The position numbers were made by a program, and so were the translations under genes. A DNA stretch of 64,000 nucleotides, from NCBI GenBank assembly GCA_026770705.1, contig JANJGN010000018.1, positions 75,826,001 through 75,890,000 on the forward strand. Direction: 5' to 3'. Below the pieces are notes generated by a model. That model saw only the letters and a program-made list of their open reading frames with translations, was not told the DNA's origin and did not search any database. The stretch is from Isurus oxyrinchus (taxonomy: Eukaryota). Below, one piece after another: positions 53,327 to 64,000 of this stretch (position 1 is the first letter of the stretch; each line of letters starts with the position of its first letter).

Positions 53327-53656
53327 GGGAGGCGATGGCGTAGTGGTATTGTTGCTTGACTAGTAACCCAGAGACCCAGGGTAATGCTCTGGGGACCTGG
53401 GTTTGGATCCACCATGACAGATGGTGGAATTGAATTAAAAGTCTAATGATGACCATGAAACCATTGCCGATTGTTGTAAAAGCCCATCTGGTTCACTAAT
53501 GTCCTTTAGGGCTTTCTTACCTGGTCTGGTCTACATGTGACTCCAGATCCATAGCAATGTGGCTGACTCTTAAACGCCCTCTGAACAAGGGCAATTAGAA
53601 ATGGACAATAAATGCTGGCTTAGCCAGTGACACCCACATCCATGAATGAAAAAAAA
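53327..53656 (+). mobile_element. tRNA-derived SINE sharing its 3' tail with CR1 family B
   Basis: tggcgtagtgg A box, gggtttggatccc B box; tail gggcaattag...aataaatgctggc...catgaatgaaaa matches family B. Confidence 0.8.
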
Positions 53657-54124
53657 TCAAAACCTTTCATTAAATCTCCACCGCTCCACTAACATGTCCT
53701 CTCATAAGGGAGCATCTCCTAACCTTGTGACAAATCTGTTTTCGACTTGAGCTATTCTGAATGATACTGGCAGTTCAGTTAGTGTTATTGTTTAGCTAGT
53801 TTAGCTGATTAGTGATTGTGTGATCTGGTCTTGCATCCACTAAATGACTTGACACTGACCAACTGATTTCACTTTCTTTTGGTTAGCTGGGTGTCTGTTG
53901 CAGAAATCAATTGCAACACTTAACAGCATCCAAATCCACATTATTGACAACTCCTTATCAGTAATTTCAATTTGTCAGATGTGCATTCACTTGCCTAAAG
54001 AGTAAAACCTCATTTATACTAACCCAGCAAACTCAGTTCTAATCTGTCATCACCAGCCATGTCACGCTGGAGTCAGTTCAACCCTAAAGAGTCTCTGGCT
54101 ACCTACCGTGACAGTAATTAGACC

Positions 54125-54586
54125 CACAAAGCTCGACACCATCCAAGACAAAGCAGCCTGCTTGATTGGCACCCCACCCACAAGCATTCACTCCCTCCAC
54201 CACCAATGCACAGTGGGAGCAGTGTGTACCATCTACAAGATGCACTGCAGGAATTCACCAAGGCTCCTTTAACAGCACCTTCCAAACCCACAACCACTAC
54301 CATCTAGAAGGACAAGAGCAGCAGACTCATGGGAACACCACCACCTGGAAGTTCCCCTCCAAGTCACTCACCATCCTGACTTGGAAATATATCGCAGTTC
54401 CTTCATTGTCACTGGGTCAAAATCCTGGAACTCCCTCTCTCACAGCACTGTGGGTGTACCTACACCATATGGACTGCAGTGGTTCAAGAAGGCAGTTCAC
54501 CAACACCTTCTCAAAGGCAATTAGGGATGGACAATAAATGCCGGCCTAGCCAGTGACACCCACATTCCATGAATGAATTTTTAAAA
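54125..54586 (+). mobile_element. Family-B CR1 3' end
   Basis: Ends cacattccatgaatgaattttt; high similarity to the other family-B copies. Confidence 0.85.
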
Positions 54587-55339
54587 TCAGACCGTTAACA
54601 AGCCTTTGTTAGATAGCATGTTGGCACGTTGATCAGCACAACTCGCTGTAAAGTGCATGCATGGTTTGTGACCATTCAGTACTGCATGGGGACAACCCAT
54701 TCCCCATCGAATGACATTTTAAATGGTGGCTCCAACAGTTAAAAATGAAGAATTTAGATAGTAACTGCAATTTCTTTGCAACCCAATTATTGCTGGCACC
54801 AAACCCTCAAAATATGAGCACATATCTTCATATTAAATATTCATATTGGTAAAACCAACCAGTGGTGTTGTCTCAATTATCTGTTTTTCCTGATGTGTTT
54901 GTACTTGCAAATTGGTAAATGAGCACTAGAGGACTCTAATGGGAGAAATCATTTTGTAGCAATTGCATTCTAGGACTTCCATGTTCATAAATGTTACAGA
55001 GACTTTGAATTAAAAATAGCTGTTACATTAAGCCATTACATTACCACAACAACTGTCAGACAAAATAGATGGTAGCCAGGAGACAATATATTAAGATAAA
55101 ATAGTGGTTTTCAAAAATTTGGCAGTGATCATTAAATTGTATTTACATTACGCCTTTAAACGAGTAAAATGCCCCGATGCACTTCACAGATGCGGGGAAC
55201 CTATCATGGCCATTAAATTTTATAAGTTTTAAAAGTTCACCCTCACTAAAGACTGAAATCAACTCCAAGTTAGATTTAAAGTTACTGGAGATCCAAATAA
55301 TTGACATCCTTCTATCTGCAAGAGATAATGGGAATGTAG

Positions 55340-57830
55340 CCATAGAATTTGGTGAGGTCAGATGAGATCATCTGCCGCACTTCTTTTGATGGCTGTACAA
55401 GCCAATTCTGGAAAGGCAAAACCTGCCACACATGAAGTTGTCCCTTGCTGAGGCCTTGTTTGTTGGGCTGGTGTCTGCTTTGGAGCTTCAGAAACCACAT
55501 CATTGTGGTGGCAAATTCCTGCCCACAGCTGGTGTTGCCATTTGCATTGATTGTCTCCTAGATTTTCCCACTTGTAATTGATGTTGAGGGCTTTCATGTC
55601 TCTTTTGACAGTATCGTTGAATCGGAGCTTTGGGTGCCCTGCTGGTCTGTTGGCACAGGCCATCTCTCTGTATTGCATATCCTTGGGGATGAGGCCATCT
55701 TCCATCCTCTGCACACATCCATGCCAGCAAAGCCTTCTTTGCTTGACCAGTGTTAGCATGCTTGGCATGTTGCCCTGGCAAGGATTGTTTTATTGGTGAC
55801 TTTATCTTTCTGTGTGATGCCAAGGATGTGTCATAAACACCAGAGATGGAAGATATTGAGTCTTTTTTCTTGGTAGGTGTAAGTTGTCCAGGCTTCGCTA
55901 TTATACTGGAAATGTGCTGAGGGTGCAGGCCTTAAAGATAAGCATCTTGGCCCTGCGGGTCAGTTTGTTATTTCTCCATACCCGTTTTATTAGTCAGTCA
56001 AAGTTGGTGGCTGGCTTTCCAATATGTGTGCTGAGCTCTTTGTCAAGAGACAGGCTGTCTGTCACCATAGATACAAGGTAGCAGAATTTGCTGACTGCAA
56101 ATGTTGGCTTTTGCAATGGTGTTGTTGTTGAATCTGATCACAGGTGGAGGCACAACATCGTCCCATAACTACAGTTGCCTTGACAATAATGGTGAAGGAG
56201 AACATGACACAAGCATGGGACAGATGATCCACGGGCCTTTGCAGCTGGTCTTCTGACTGGGCAACTAGTGTGGCATCATCAACATATGGAAGTTCTCTGA
56301 TCAGGGCATGCCACACTCTTGTCTTGGCTTTCAGTCTTGCTAGGTTAAGGAGTTTCCCATCTGATTATGTGTGGAGCTAACATTGGGAGAAGATCGTGTC
56401 TACTGTGGATCTGCTTCTCTGAAGCCACATTGTGCCTCTGGGGATATTCTGCTAGTTAGTCAATCGAGCATCATTAGATTGACTCTTGCAAAGGCCTCTC
56501 CCAGTGACACTGAGGAGTGTGATGCCCCAGTAGTAGTTTGTATGTCTTTGCATGGATCGATTCAATACTTGTTGGCTTAATGCCTTGCTGTTTTCTGCAC
56601 AACTGCCTTGGCTAGCATGCGATTATCAAGTGCTTTAGGGTTAACAGAAGTTGTAAGGCAGGTGAACTGCACTCTTTTCTTCGATAACGGAGTTATTTCT
56701 GCAAGGCGAGTCCAACCAATCTTTGTTCCAGTTTCTTCCTTTGCCAAATGTGGTTATTGCAGCTTTGAAAATGATCGACTACACAGACTTCAATGGTTCA
56801 TCAGCATTATCTGGTGAGCCCTCAGGAGGAAGGGATTGCCTGAGAGCTTCCAACAATTGTCGTGATGGCTCATGCATGGAATGTTTATGTGTGGAATGCC
56901 ATTGCGCTTAGACTTACGTATTTTCCATGGTTGCACTTTCAGTAGTGCAACTGACAAGTGAGTGATCAGTATATGATCATTATGCATTAAGAATGCTGGA
57001 CAGATCACGCCTTCTGGTGATTATCAGGTCAAGTTGGTGCCAGTGGCCGGATCTCGGGTGGCACCATGACACCTTGTGCTGATGTCTGCTTTGGAAGAAA
57101 GTGTTGGCAACACAAAGTCCACACTGTGCACAAAGCTCAATAGCTGCTGTCCATTTTCATTTATCTTGCTAACACCATGGCATTTGCCATGACATTCTTG
57201 TCTGATCCAACTCTTTTGTTAAAATCCCCCAGGAGAAATAAATTTTCTCCATGCGGCAGATATTCCAGAATATCATCTGCTGTGCTGTAGAAGTGATCTC
57301 TGTGTTTGGCATTGCTTTAGAAGGTTGGTGCAGATCATGGTGACAAAATTTCCATCTGATAGTGGATGAAGAGATATGAAGCGTTCAGAGGTTGCAACAG
57401 GTATCTCAGTTATCTGCGTCGATCTGTTGTTGACAGCAAAGCCTATTCCATGTTCACGATAGTCATCTACACTTGTGCCATGTGAGTAGATGGAATAATT
57501 GGCCTCACATATTGCTCCAGTGTCAGCCAATCTAGTCTCTAGGAGAACAGCAATGTTGATGTTGAACTTGAGTAGCTTACGGTCAATCAATGCTATCTTA
57601 TGTACATTGTCTGTTGACTGCAAGTAGCTGAAATTCCAGCTTCCAAGGTGGAGAATCTTCACCTTTTGTTTCATGGATGCCCAGTTGCCATCTGTTATTC
57701 TGGAGCCCGCTCAGTGGCAGAAGTTGCCAAAAGATGCTTGCTTGAAGATATCACCAGCTGTCTACAGGACTCCACTCCAGTGACTTTGACTCTCCCAAGC
57801 TGGACCTACAAGGGAGTAGGTGCTTTTTGA
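55340..57830 (-). mobile_element. RTE-clade (BovB/Expander-like) LINE, internally deleted
   Basis: APE: LHLGSWN...IAVLLETRL...REHGIGFAV; RT: LIRELPYVDDATLVA; C-terminus WHGCVQRMEDGLIPKD...RPAGHPKLRFNDTVKRDMKALNI. Confidence 0.9.
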
Positions 57831-58142
57831 CCCACAGTTGGGACTTGGTTGATAGACGTCAAGGCAGGTCCAGATACCAATGGGCCTAACGCACCCCCTG
57901 AGGCTAAGGTTCCTCCAAGATCCCTTTCTGTTCAGCCTAGGGCCGTGTGTCGCCGTGAGGAGGCAAGACTTGGTGATGCAGAGGTCTTGGTGATGCAGAG
58001 GCTGGATACTGGCAAGAGAGTTTTATGCAGTCAGCTCTCACTTCTCAGTAAGCTAGCCAGTGGATCATGTAACTGCATTTGATGCATAACATCACCCTGT
58101 GGCAAACCACTGACACACAGAGATCTAAGTAATCTGCTGAAA

Positions 58143-58300
58143 AGCAAGGAGTGGAAGAAGTTGACTTCTAATGCCAGTGTGGTGTCAAACTTGGTTTATA
58201 AAATTTTTCAGCAGGAGATCCAGGTGATCTGCTGAAAATTTTGTAGGCCAAGTTTGACACCACACTGGTAATTATATGTCAGCTTCTCCCAGTCTTTGCT
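58143..58300 (+). repeat. ~160-nt imperfect palindrome in intron 3
   Basis: ccagtgtggtgtcaaacttgg...ttcagcag pairs with ctgctgaa...ccaagtttgacaccacactgg; outer arms also pair. Confidence 0.85.
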
Positions 58301-58498
58301 CACTTTGAAATTAAAAATACCCTTAGATTTATTTAACTTTCTCAGTCTTTATTAAATAAAAAAAAAATCAATGGAGTAACAAGACACTGAGGATAATACT
58401 TAGCTGGTTAACATGGCTGACCTCAATCACTGAGAAATAGGTTTTATTATATTTTGGAGGATTTTTCAGAGTAATCAGAACTTCTATAATTTTTTCAG

Positions 58499-58588
58499 CC
58501 CTTGCAGAAGAATGATCAAGATAGCTATTCGCACCTCAGATTGAAGAACAGGAACCAGGACACAGAGACTGGAATTGGCACAAAACGG
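58499..58588 (+). CDS. CD247: CD3 zeta-like exon 4 (PLQKNDQDSYSHLRLKNRNQDTETGIGTKR)
   Basis: tttttcAG acceptor, CGG|GTATTT donor, 90 nt phase 0; completes ITAM1 YQPL-x7-YSHL; RNQDTETG resembles the zeta RGRDPEMG segment. Confidence 0.9.
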
Positions 58589-58982
58589 GTATTTTGTTTT
58601 AACCTACCTTTTGTAAAGCAATATTTGATTCCAAAGAAAGACAGACAAAAAGCAATTTTATAACAGGAACATTAAAAACAATCTTATTAAATGTTGAGGT
58701 AACAATTTCTGGGATGCTTAAGAGTTATCTATAATTGTTATTTGCACAAGACTACAAATAGTACTAGGGAGGTCTTTTGGTGCATTGGGTAGCGTCCCTG
58801 CCTCTGAGCCAGAATTTCCAGGCTCGAGTCCCACCCCAGGACTTGTTTGTCTGCGTTAAGTATCAATTTACAAATTGTTCCAACACACGCTAATGGCATA
58901 TGGTAAGAGTGGGAGAGTCCTGGTCAGTCATGTGATGGAAATGATATGGAAGTTTCTACCATCATTATCCATAGCTCTAGAG

Positions 58983-59288
58983 GGGGAGGTAGTGGCATAG
59001 TGGTATTGTCACTGCACTGGTAATCCAGAGACCCAGGGTAATGCTCTGGGACCTGGGTTTGAATTTGAATTCAGTAAATAATTAAGTCTAATGATGACCA
59101 TGAATCAATTGTCATAAAAACTCATCTGATTCACTAATGCCTTTAGGGAAGGAAATCTGCTGTCCTACATGTGACTCCAGACCCACTGCAATGTGGTTGA
59201 CTCTTAAAAATGCCCTCAGAACAAGGGCAATTAGGGATGAGCAATAATGCCAGTGACGCCCACACCCACATATGAATTTAAAAAAAAG
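58983..59288 (+). mobile_element. Second copy of the same tRNA SINE
   Basis: Collinear with 53327-53656. Confidence 0.8.
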
Positions 59289-60154
59289 ACTACAACATGC
59301 ATGTAAAAGCACATGTTGTCACAGCACTCGGACTCCCTGATTGACCGTAGTGCAACACTACCGCAAACAGTGCTCGTTGGGAGACAGACAGACGAGGATA
59401 AGTGTTCAATGTTTCATACATGAATTTTCTAAAATATCTAGACAGCATTTTAGGAATTTTTGCATAGTTTCTGCAAGTTATTTGGTGAGCTACAAAAATT
59501 GAATATTTTCAAAATAACTCCAGTGCATTGTTTCCATGAACTTGCAAACCTTGTACAACATTTATTTCCATATTCACAATGTATTTGCATGTCACCCGGT
59601 TCTGAAATTGTTGCAAAGCACAAAAAAGCCTCTGAGAGACCAAATTAGATGAAATATTGTGCTAATTCAATAGCATATTAATGACATTGTCTCCTAGTAA
59701 GACATCCAGTTGCTTGAGTGCTCAGGTACCAGCAAGGTCCCAAGGTACAGATCCAATATATACCTTCACAGCCCAGGTCTTTCCAAGTTTCTAGCTGCAT
59801 TGTGAAATGAATTTCTCACAAGATTCCAGCAAAGGAAGCAATAATCATCTCTGTAACCCCACTTGAAGAGAAAGATCTGGTTCTTTGAACTTCCAGATCT
59901 TGTCTAAGACCAGCACTTATTGGCTCTATCACCGCTAGTGCACGCTACGACCATTTCCAACCCAAAATAGCAAATTAGAGTCCTTGGATCCTGATATGCA
60001 TATTAAAAGGGACCTGCTACCTGAAACATGCAAATGCTGCAGTTCCCCATATGGTAGCCAGGGAGTTGACAACCTCATTTGCTGCATGCAATGTACTAAC
60101 TTTGTAAAACAGTGTCGACAAATATATAACATTCATTGTTTTTTTTCTTATCAG

Positions 60155-60196
60155 AACCAAAGGAGAGAGGATGCTGCTCATAGTGACACCTATTCC
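60155..60196 (+). CDS. CD247: CD3 zeta-like exon 5 (NQRREDAAHSDTYS)
   Basis: Strong polypyrimidine tract + CAG, TCC|GTAAGT donor, 42 nt phase 0; QRR...Y like the zeta QRRKNPQEGLYN exon. Confidence 0.9.
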
Positions 60197-61744
60197 GTAA
60201 GTACAGTTTACAATTTAGGAAATTACTACGTATGCTGCAGAATCTTTATTGTCCAAATAGCCCTTTCATCATTGTGTTTTGCCCCACTTAAACAATATGA
60301 ATGATATCACACACTTAGTATTTAACTACCATGTGTAGAGGTGCAGTTGAGTAATCTGCCCTGGAATTTGACTGGCTTGTAATTACCATGCCCCGCTGAA
60401 TGGTGAATAATGTATGTAGCAGCAGAGTTTGCTAAGTAGAAATGGTTTAGACCTGATCCCAAGTAACGGTAGATGTGTTTACGATGTGACCAAAAGGAGT
60501 ATGTTTTAATTCTGATGTAAAAGCCATTCACCATCACATAGCCCCCCTGAGGCAAGTGCAGAATATTGAAAACTGTGGAGCGTATTTAAAATCTCATTCC
60601 GCTAATAATGGTTACTACTAATAATAATCCTTACTCTTATAAGGTGGTTGGGAAACCTGGAAATGTAGTAAATGTTGGTCCAACCAAATCTAATTTTTTT
60701 CTCTGCTTTCCAGCTGGCAACCAACCAGATTGAGAGATTGGTTGACTGATGGGTGGGAAGGCATTTGGTGGAAGGCCACAGCTGGGGAGGGGAGAAGAGG
60801 GAAGGATTGATCATAATTGGGAAGGATAGTTTGAATATGGGTTGGGAGGCCCATCGCAGAGAGGGAAGCAGGTGAGCCTGGGGTGCACTCTTGCTGTACA
60901 TTCAATGCTGGAAAGGCACATCGCTGATGGATGTGGCTGTTCTCACCTCTCTTCTGCTGCTGGGTTTTCTGAGCCAGCAGTTATTAAATGCAAGTCTGTT
61001 AAAATTTGAAGCATGCAGTCTCATTAGCATATCTAGATATGTGAACCACCTCTAGTGAGCAGCCTGTGTCCCTGAAACCTTTGTTGAAACTGCAAGCAGG
61101 CATATTTGAGGCAGGATGGGGTTGGGTATTGAAATTCCTTGAAATTCCAGCCTATTCCCTCCAACCCCACTGCCCCTTTCCACCCTCCTGCTCAAAAAAC
61201 CCAATCAGCCCTAATGATACCTGAAGCACAATTCTTTATCAACTTTTAAGTCAATCAGCTGTGTGTAACATCCACATAGTACAACATACATCAATGATTG
61301 TCCACACTGATTTTTGATCATATTTGAGGGAGGTGCTGAGCAAAAAAAATTAAATTCTGTGGAACAAAACCAGCTTGCACTTGTTTTGCACATCACTTAA
61401 CAAGTGTTTTTTTTATCCTTTCATGGGATGTGGGCGTTGCTGGCTAGGCCAGCATTAATTGCTCTTGAGAAGGTGATGGTGAGCTGCCTTCTTGAACTGC
61501 TGCAGTCCATAGGTACACCCACAGTGCAGTTAGGGAGTTCCAGGATTTTGACCCAGTGACAGTGAAGGAACAGTGATATATTTCCAAGTCAGGATGGTGA
61601 GTGACTTGGAGGAGAACTTGCATGTGGTGGTGCTCCGATGTATCTGCTGCCCTTCTCCTTCGAGGTAGAACCACATTGACAGGTACATTCATTTATAATT
61701 GATCTGCATTTTAACTAAAAGGTCAAAACTTATTTTGTTTGCAG

Positions 61745-61801
61745 AAACTGAATCCCAAGAACAGAAGTGAGCCTTATGGTGAACTCAAACCAACTCAGCA
61801 G
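61745..61801 (+). CDS. CD247: CD3 zeta-like exon 6 (KLNPKNRSEPYGELKPTQQ)
   Basis: ttttgtttgCAG acceptor, CAG|GTATGA donor, 57 nt; only phase 0 is open; completes ITAM2 YSKL-x8-YGEL (same spacing as mammalian zeta ITAM2). Confidence 0.9.
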
Positions 61802-62709
61802 GTATGATGAGCATGTACTGATGCATCCATAGATTAATGTAACTTCCTGTAAATAATCATGACCAGCTATTAATTATACTTTCACTTGCATTTGGGATTT
61901 GTCCAATAGTACACCATGGTAAAAGCTGATGCTATGTATCGTACTATCAATACCTTTTGTCGTGTATTCCCATCAAAGCAGAAGGACTGAATTTGGTGAG
62001 ATGAAATTATTTTAGTCACAAAGAAGTAATTTTAATTTGACCAGCTTATCTTGCCAACTGGACAAATATTGCACAGCTGAATGATCTACAGCTCCAGCAC
62101 AAATGGTATATGGATCATTGTCTCCTGTGCAGATAGTGTACATTTTATATATTATATACACATGTACCACTTCATCATCTATGCCGCTATTAATTTCTCA
62201 CTGCATGTTGGCAGATCTTTCAACACCAGGAAATCCCAGATAAGAGATGTTCAGTCTTGAAAGCTATATACCATCCATAGTATCACACCTGGCAACCCTT
62301 ACCAACATCCCTACATCCATGCTGTGTGTAATTACCATTTTAAAACTGCGGGGGGGGGGGGGACACACAGCATTTAGCAGGCGTATCAAGGGCAGAACTA
62401 CAAATCACGCCTCCATGTGCCAATAACTCTTAGCATACTGCTTGCTTTTGTCATTGTGGAGAGGACTTATAATATTGATAGAAGGCTTTCAAATTTACTG
62501 TGGTTGACGAGATAGATGAGAGGAAGTGCGAGAATACAACTGAAAAACTTGCAGGCAGGACTAAGAAATAAGAATACAGAAAAAAAGAGAAAGAAACAGT
62601 AACAAGAGTGGATGGAGGCAGAGTAATCAAAGCATTCAAAAGGGAATTAGACTGTTATCTGAAAAGGGAGAATATGCAGGGTTACAGAAGTCAGGGAATG
62701 GCACTAGGT

Positions 62710-64000
62710 CAAAAACAAAAACAGAATTACCTGGAAAAACTCAACAGGTCTGGCAGCATCGGCGGAGAAGAGTTGACGTTTCGAGTCCTCATGACCCTTC
62801 GACAGAACTCGAGTCCAAGAAAGAGTTGAAATATAAGCTGGTTTAAGGTGTGTGTGTGGGGGGCGGAGAGAGAGACAGAGAGGGAGGTGGAGGGGGTGGT
62901 GTGGTTGTAGGGACAAACAAGCAGTGATAGAAGCAGATCATCAAAAGATGTCAACAACAATGGTACAAAAGAACACATAGGTGTTAAAGTTAAGAGTTGG
63001 TGATATTATCTAAACGAATGTGCTAATTAAGAATGGATGGTAGGGCACTCAAGGTATAGCTCTAGTGGGGTGTTTTTTTTTAAAATAATGGAAATAGGTG
63101 GCAAAAGGAAAATCTTTATAATTTATTGGAAACTCCTCTCACTTCCTCCAAATAAAAGGTGTGGCTATGGGTACCCGCATGGGCCCCAGCTATGCCTGTC
63201 TCTTTATGGGGTATGTGGAACATTCCTTGTTCCAGTCCTACTCCGGCCCCCTTCCACAACTCTTTCTCCGGTACATCGATGACTACTTCAGTGCCGCTTC
63301 ATGCTCTCATCGGGACTTGGAAAAATTTATTAATTTTGCTTCCAATCTCCAGCCCTCCATCATTTTCAAGTGGTCCATCTCTGACACTTCCCTTCCTTGA
63401 CCTCTCTGTCTCAATCTCTGGTGATAGACTGTCCACCAATATCCATTACAAACCCACCGACTCCCACACCTATCTCGACTACAGCTCTTCACACCCCGCT
63501 TCCTGTAAGGACTCCATCCCATTCTCTCAGTTCCTTCGCCTCCGTCGCATCTGTTCCGATGATGCTACCTTCAAAAACAGTTCCTCTGACGTGTCCTCCT
63601 TCTTCCTTAACCGAGGTTTTCCACCCACGGTCGTTGACAGGGCCCTCAACCGTGTCCGGCCCATCTTCCGCGCATCCGCCCTCACGCCTTCTCCTCCCTT
63701 CCAGAAACATGATAGGGTCCCCCTTGTCCTCACTTATCACCCCACCAGCCTCCGCATTCAAAGGATCATCCTCTGCCATTTCCTCCAACTCCAGCATGAT
63801 GCCACCACCAAACACATCTTCCCTTCACCCCCCCTATTGGCATTCCGTAGGGATCGCTCCCTCCGGGACACCCTGGTCCACTCCTCCATCACCCCCTACT
63901 CCTCAACCCCCTCCTATGGCACCACCCCATGTCCACGCAAAAGATGCAACACCTGCCCCTTCACTTCCTCTCTCCTCACCATCCAAGGACCCAAACACTC
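62710..64000. mobile_element. Second copy of the same Penelope family with inversion: minus-strand 3' end (62710-63132) joined to plus-strand RT body (63131-64000)
   Basis: Near-identical to 28904-29360 (same strand) and to the reverse complement of ~29755-30625; AA microhomology at the junction; 5-bp deletion frameshift near 63397. Confidence 0.95.
62770..62810 (-). ncRNA. Minimal hammerhead ribozyme, second copy
   Basis: GAGUU-CUGUCGA-AGGGUCaugagGACUC-GAAACGUC-AACUC, same variant core. Confidence 0.75.

Noticed and set aside
46250-58588. Calling the gene CD3G/CD3D or FCER1G
   Set aside because: No Ig-domain exon, a zeta-type DPKLCY TM without the FcR-gamma LYCRL Cys, and at least two ITAMs with the CD247 exon pattern.
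58765-58845. tRNA gene
   Set aside because: A/B-box-like head without a convincing cloverleaf; more likely a SINE head, like those at 16228, 53327 and 58983.
47825-61801. SCPP-like gene (short phase-0 hydrophilic exons)
   Set aside because: The exons assemble into ITAMs downstream of a TM exon.
61802-62700. CD247 exon 7 / ITAM3
   Set aside because: No AG-GT-bounded phase-0 exon with an RRRGK...LYQ-like sequence found; presumably downstream of the window.

Overview
Eukaryotic, repeat-rich vertebrate DNA. The mix of CR1, L2, RTE, Penelope and Deu-domain SINE repeats points to a cartilaginous fish (shark; inference). The host gene, missed by the ORF track, is a + strand CD247 (CD3 zeta)/zeta-like gene. 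Five short GT-AG exons (46250-46353, 47825-47893, 58499-58588, 60155-60196, 61745-61801) splice in frame to [121 protein letters not shown], i.e. the TM domain plus two ITAMs. I found no exons for ITAM3, so they probably lie beyond the window. The signal-peptide exon is uncertain; the best candidate (4583-4680) carries a 1-nt frameshift. The most unusual object is a minus-strand non-autonomous Gypsy-type LTR element (9607-13494). Most of its pol is replaced by an intronless, internally deleted copy of the N-terminal coiled coil of the nucleoporin TPR, placed downstream of a gag N-terminus. Also present: young Neptune-type Penelope elements with variant-core minimal hammerhead ribozymes, an internal promoter-like CpG/ETS site, and a long G-U-rich intronic hairpin. 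All homologies were recognised by eye from remembered sequences; repeat boundaries are approximate.
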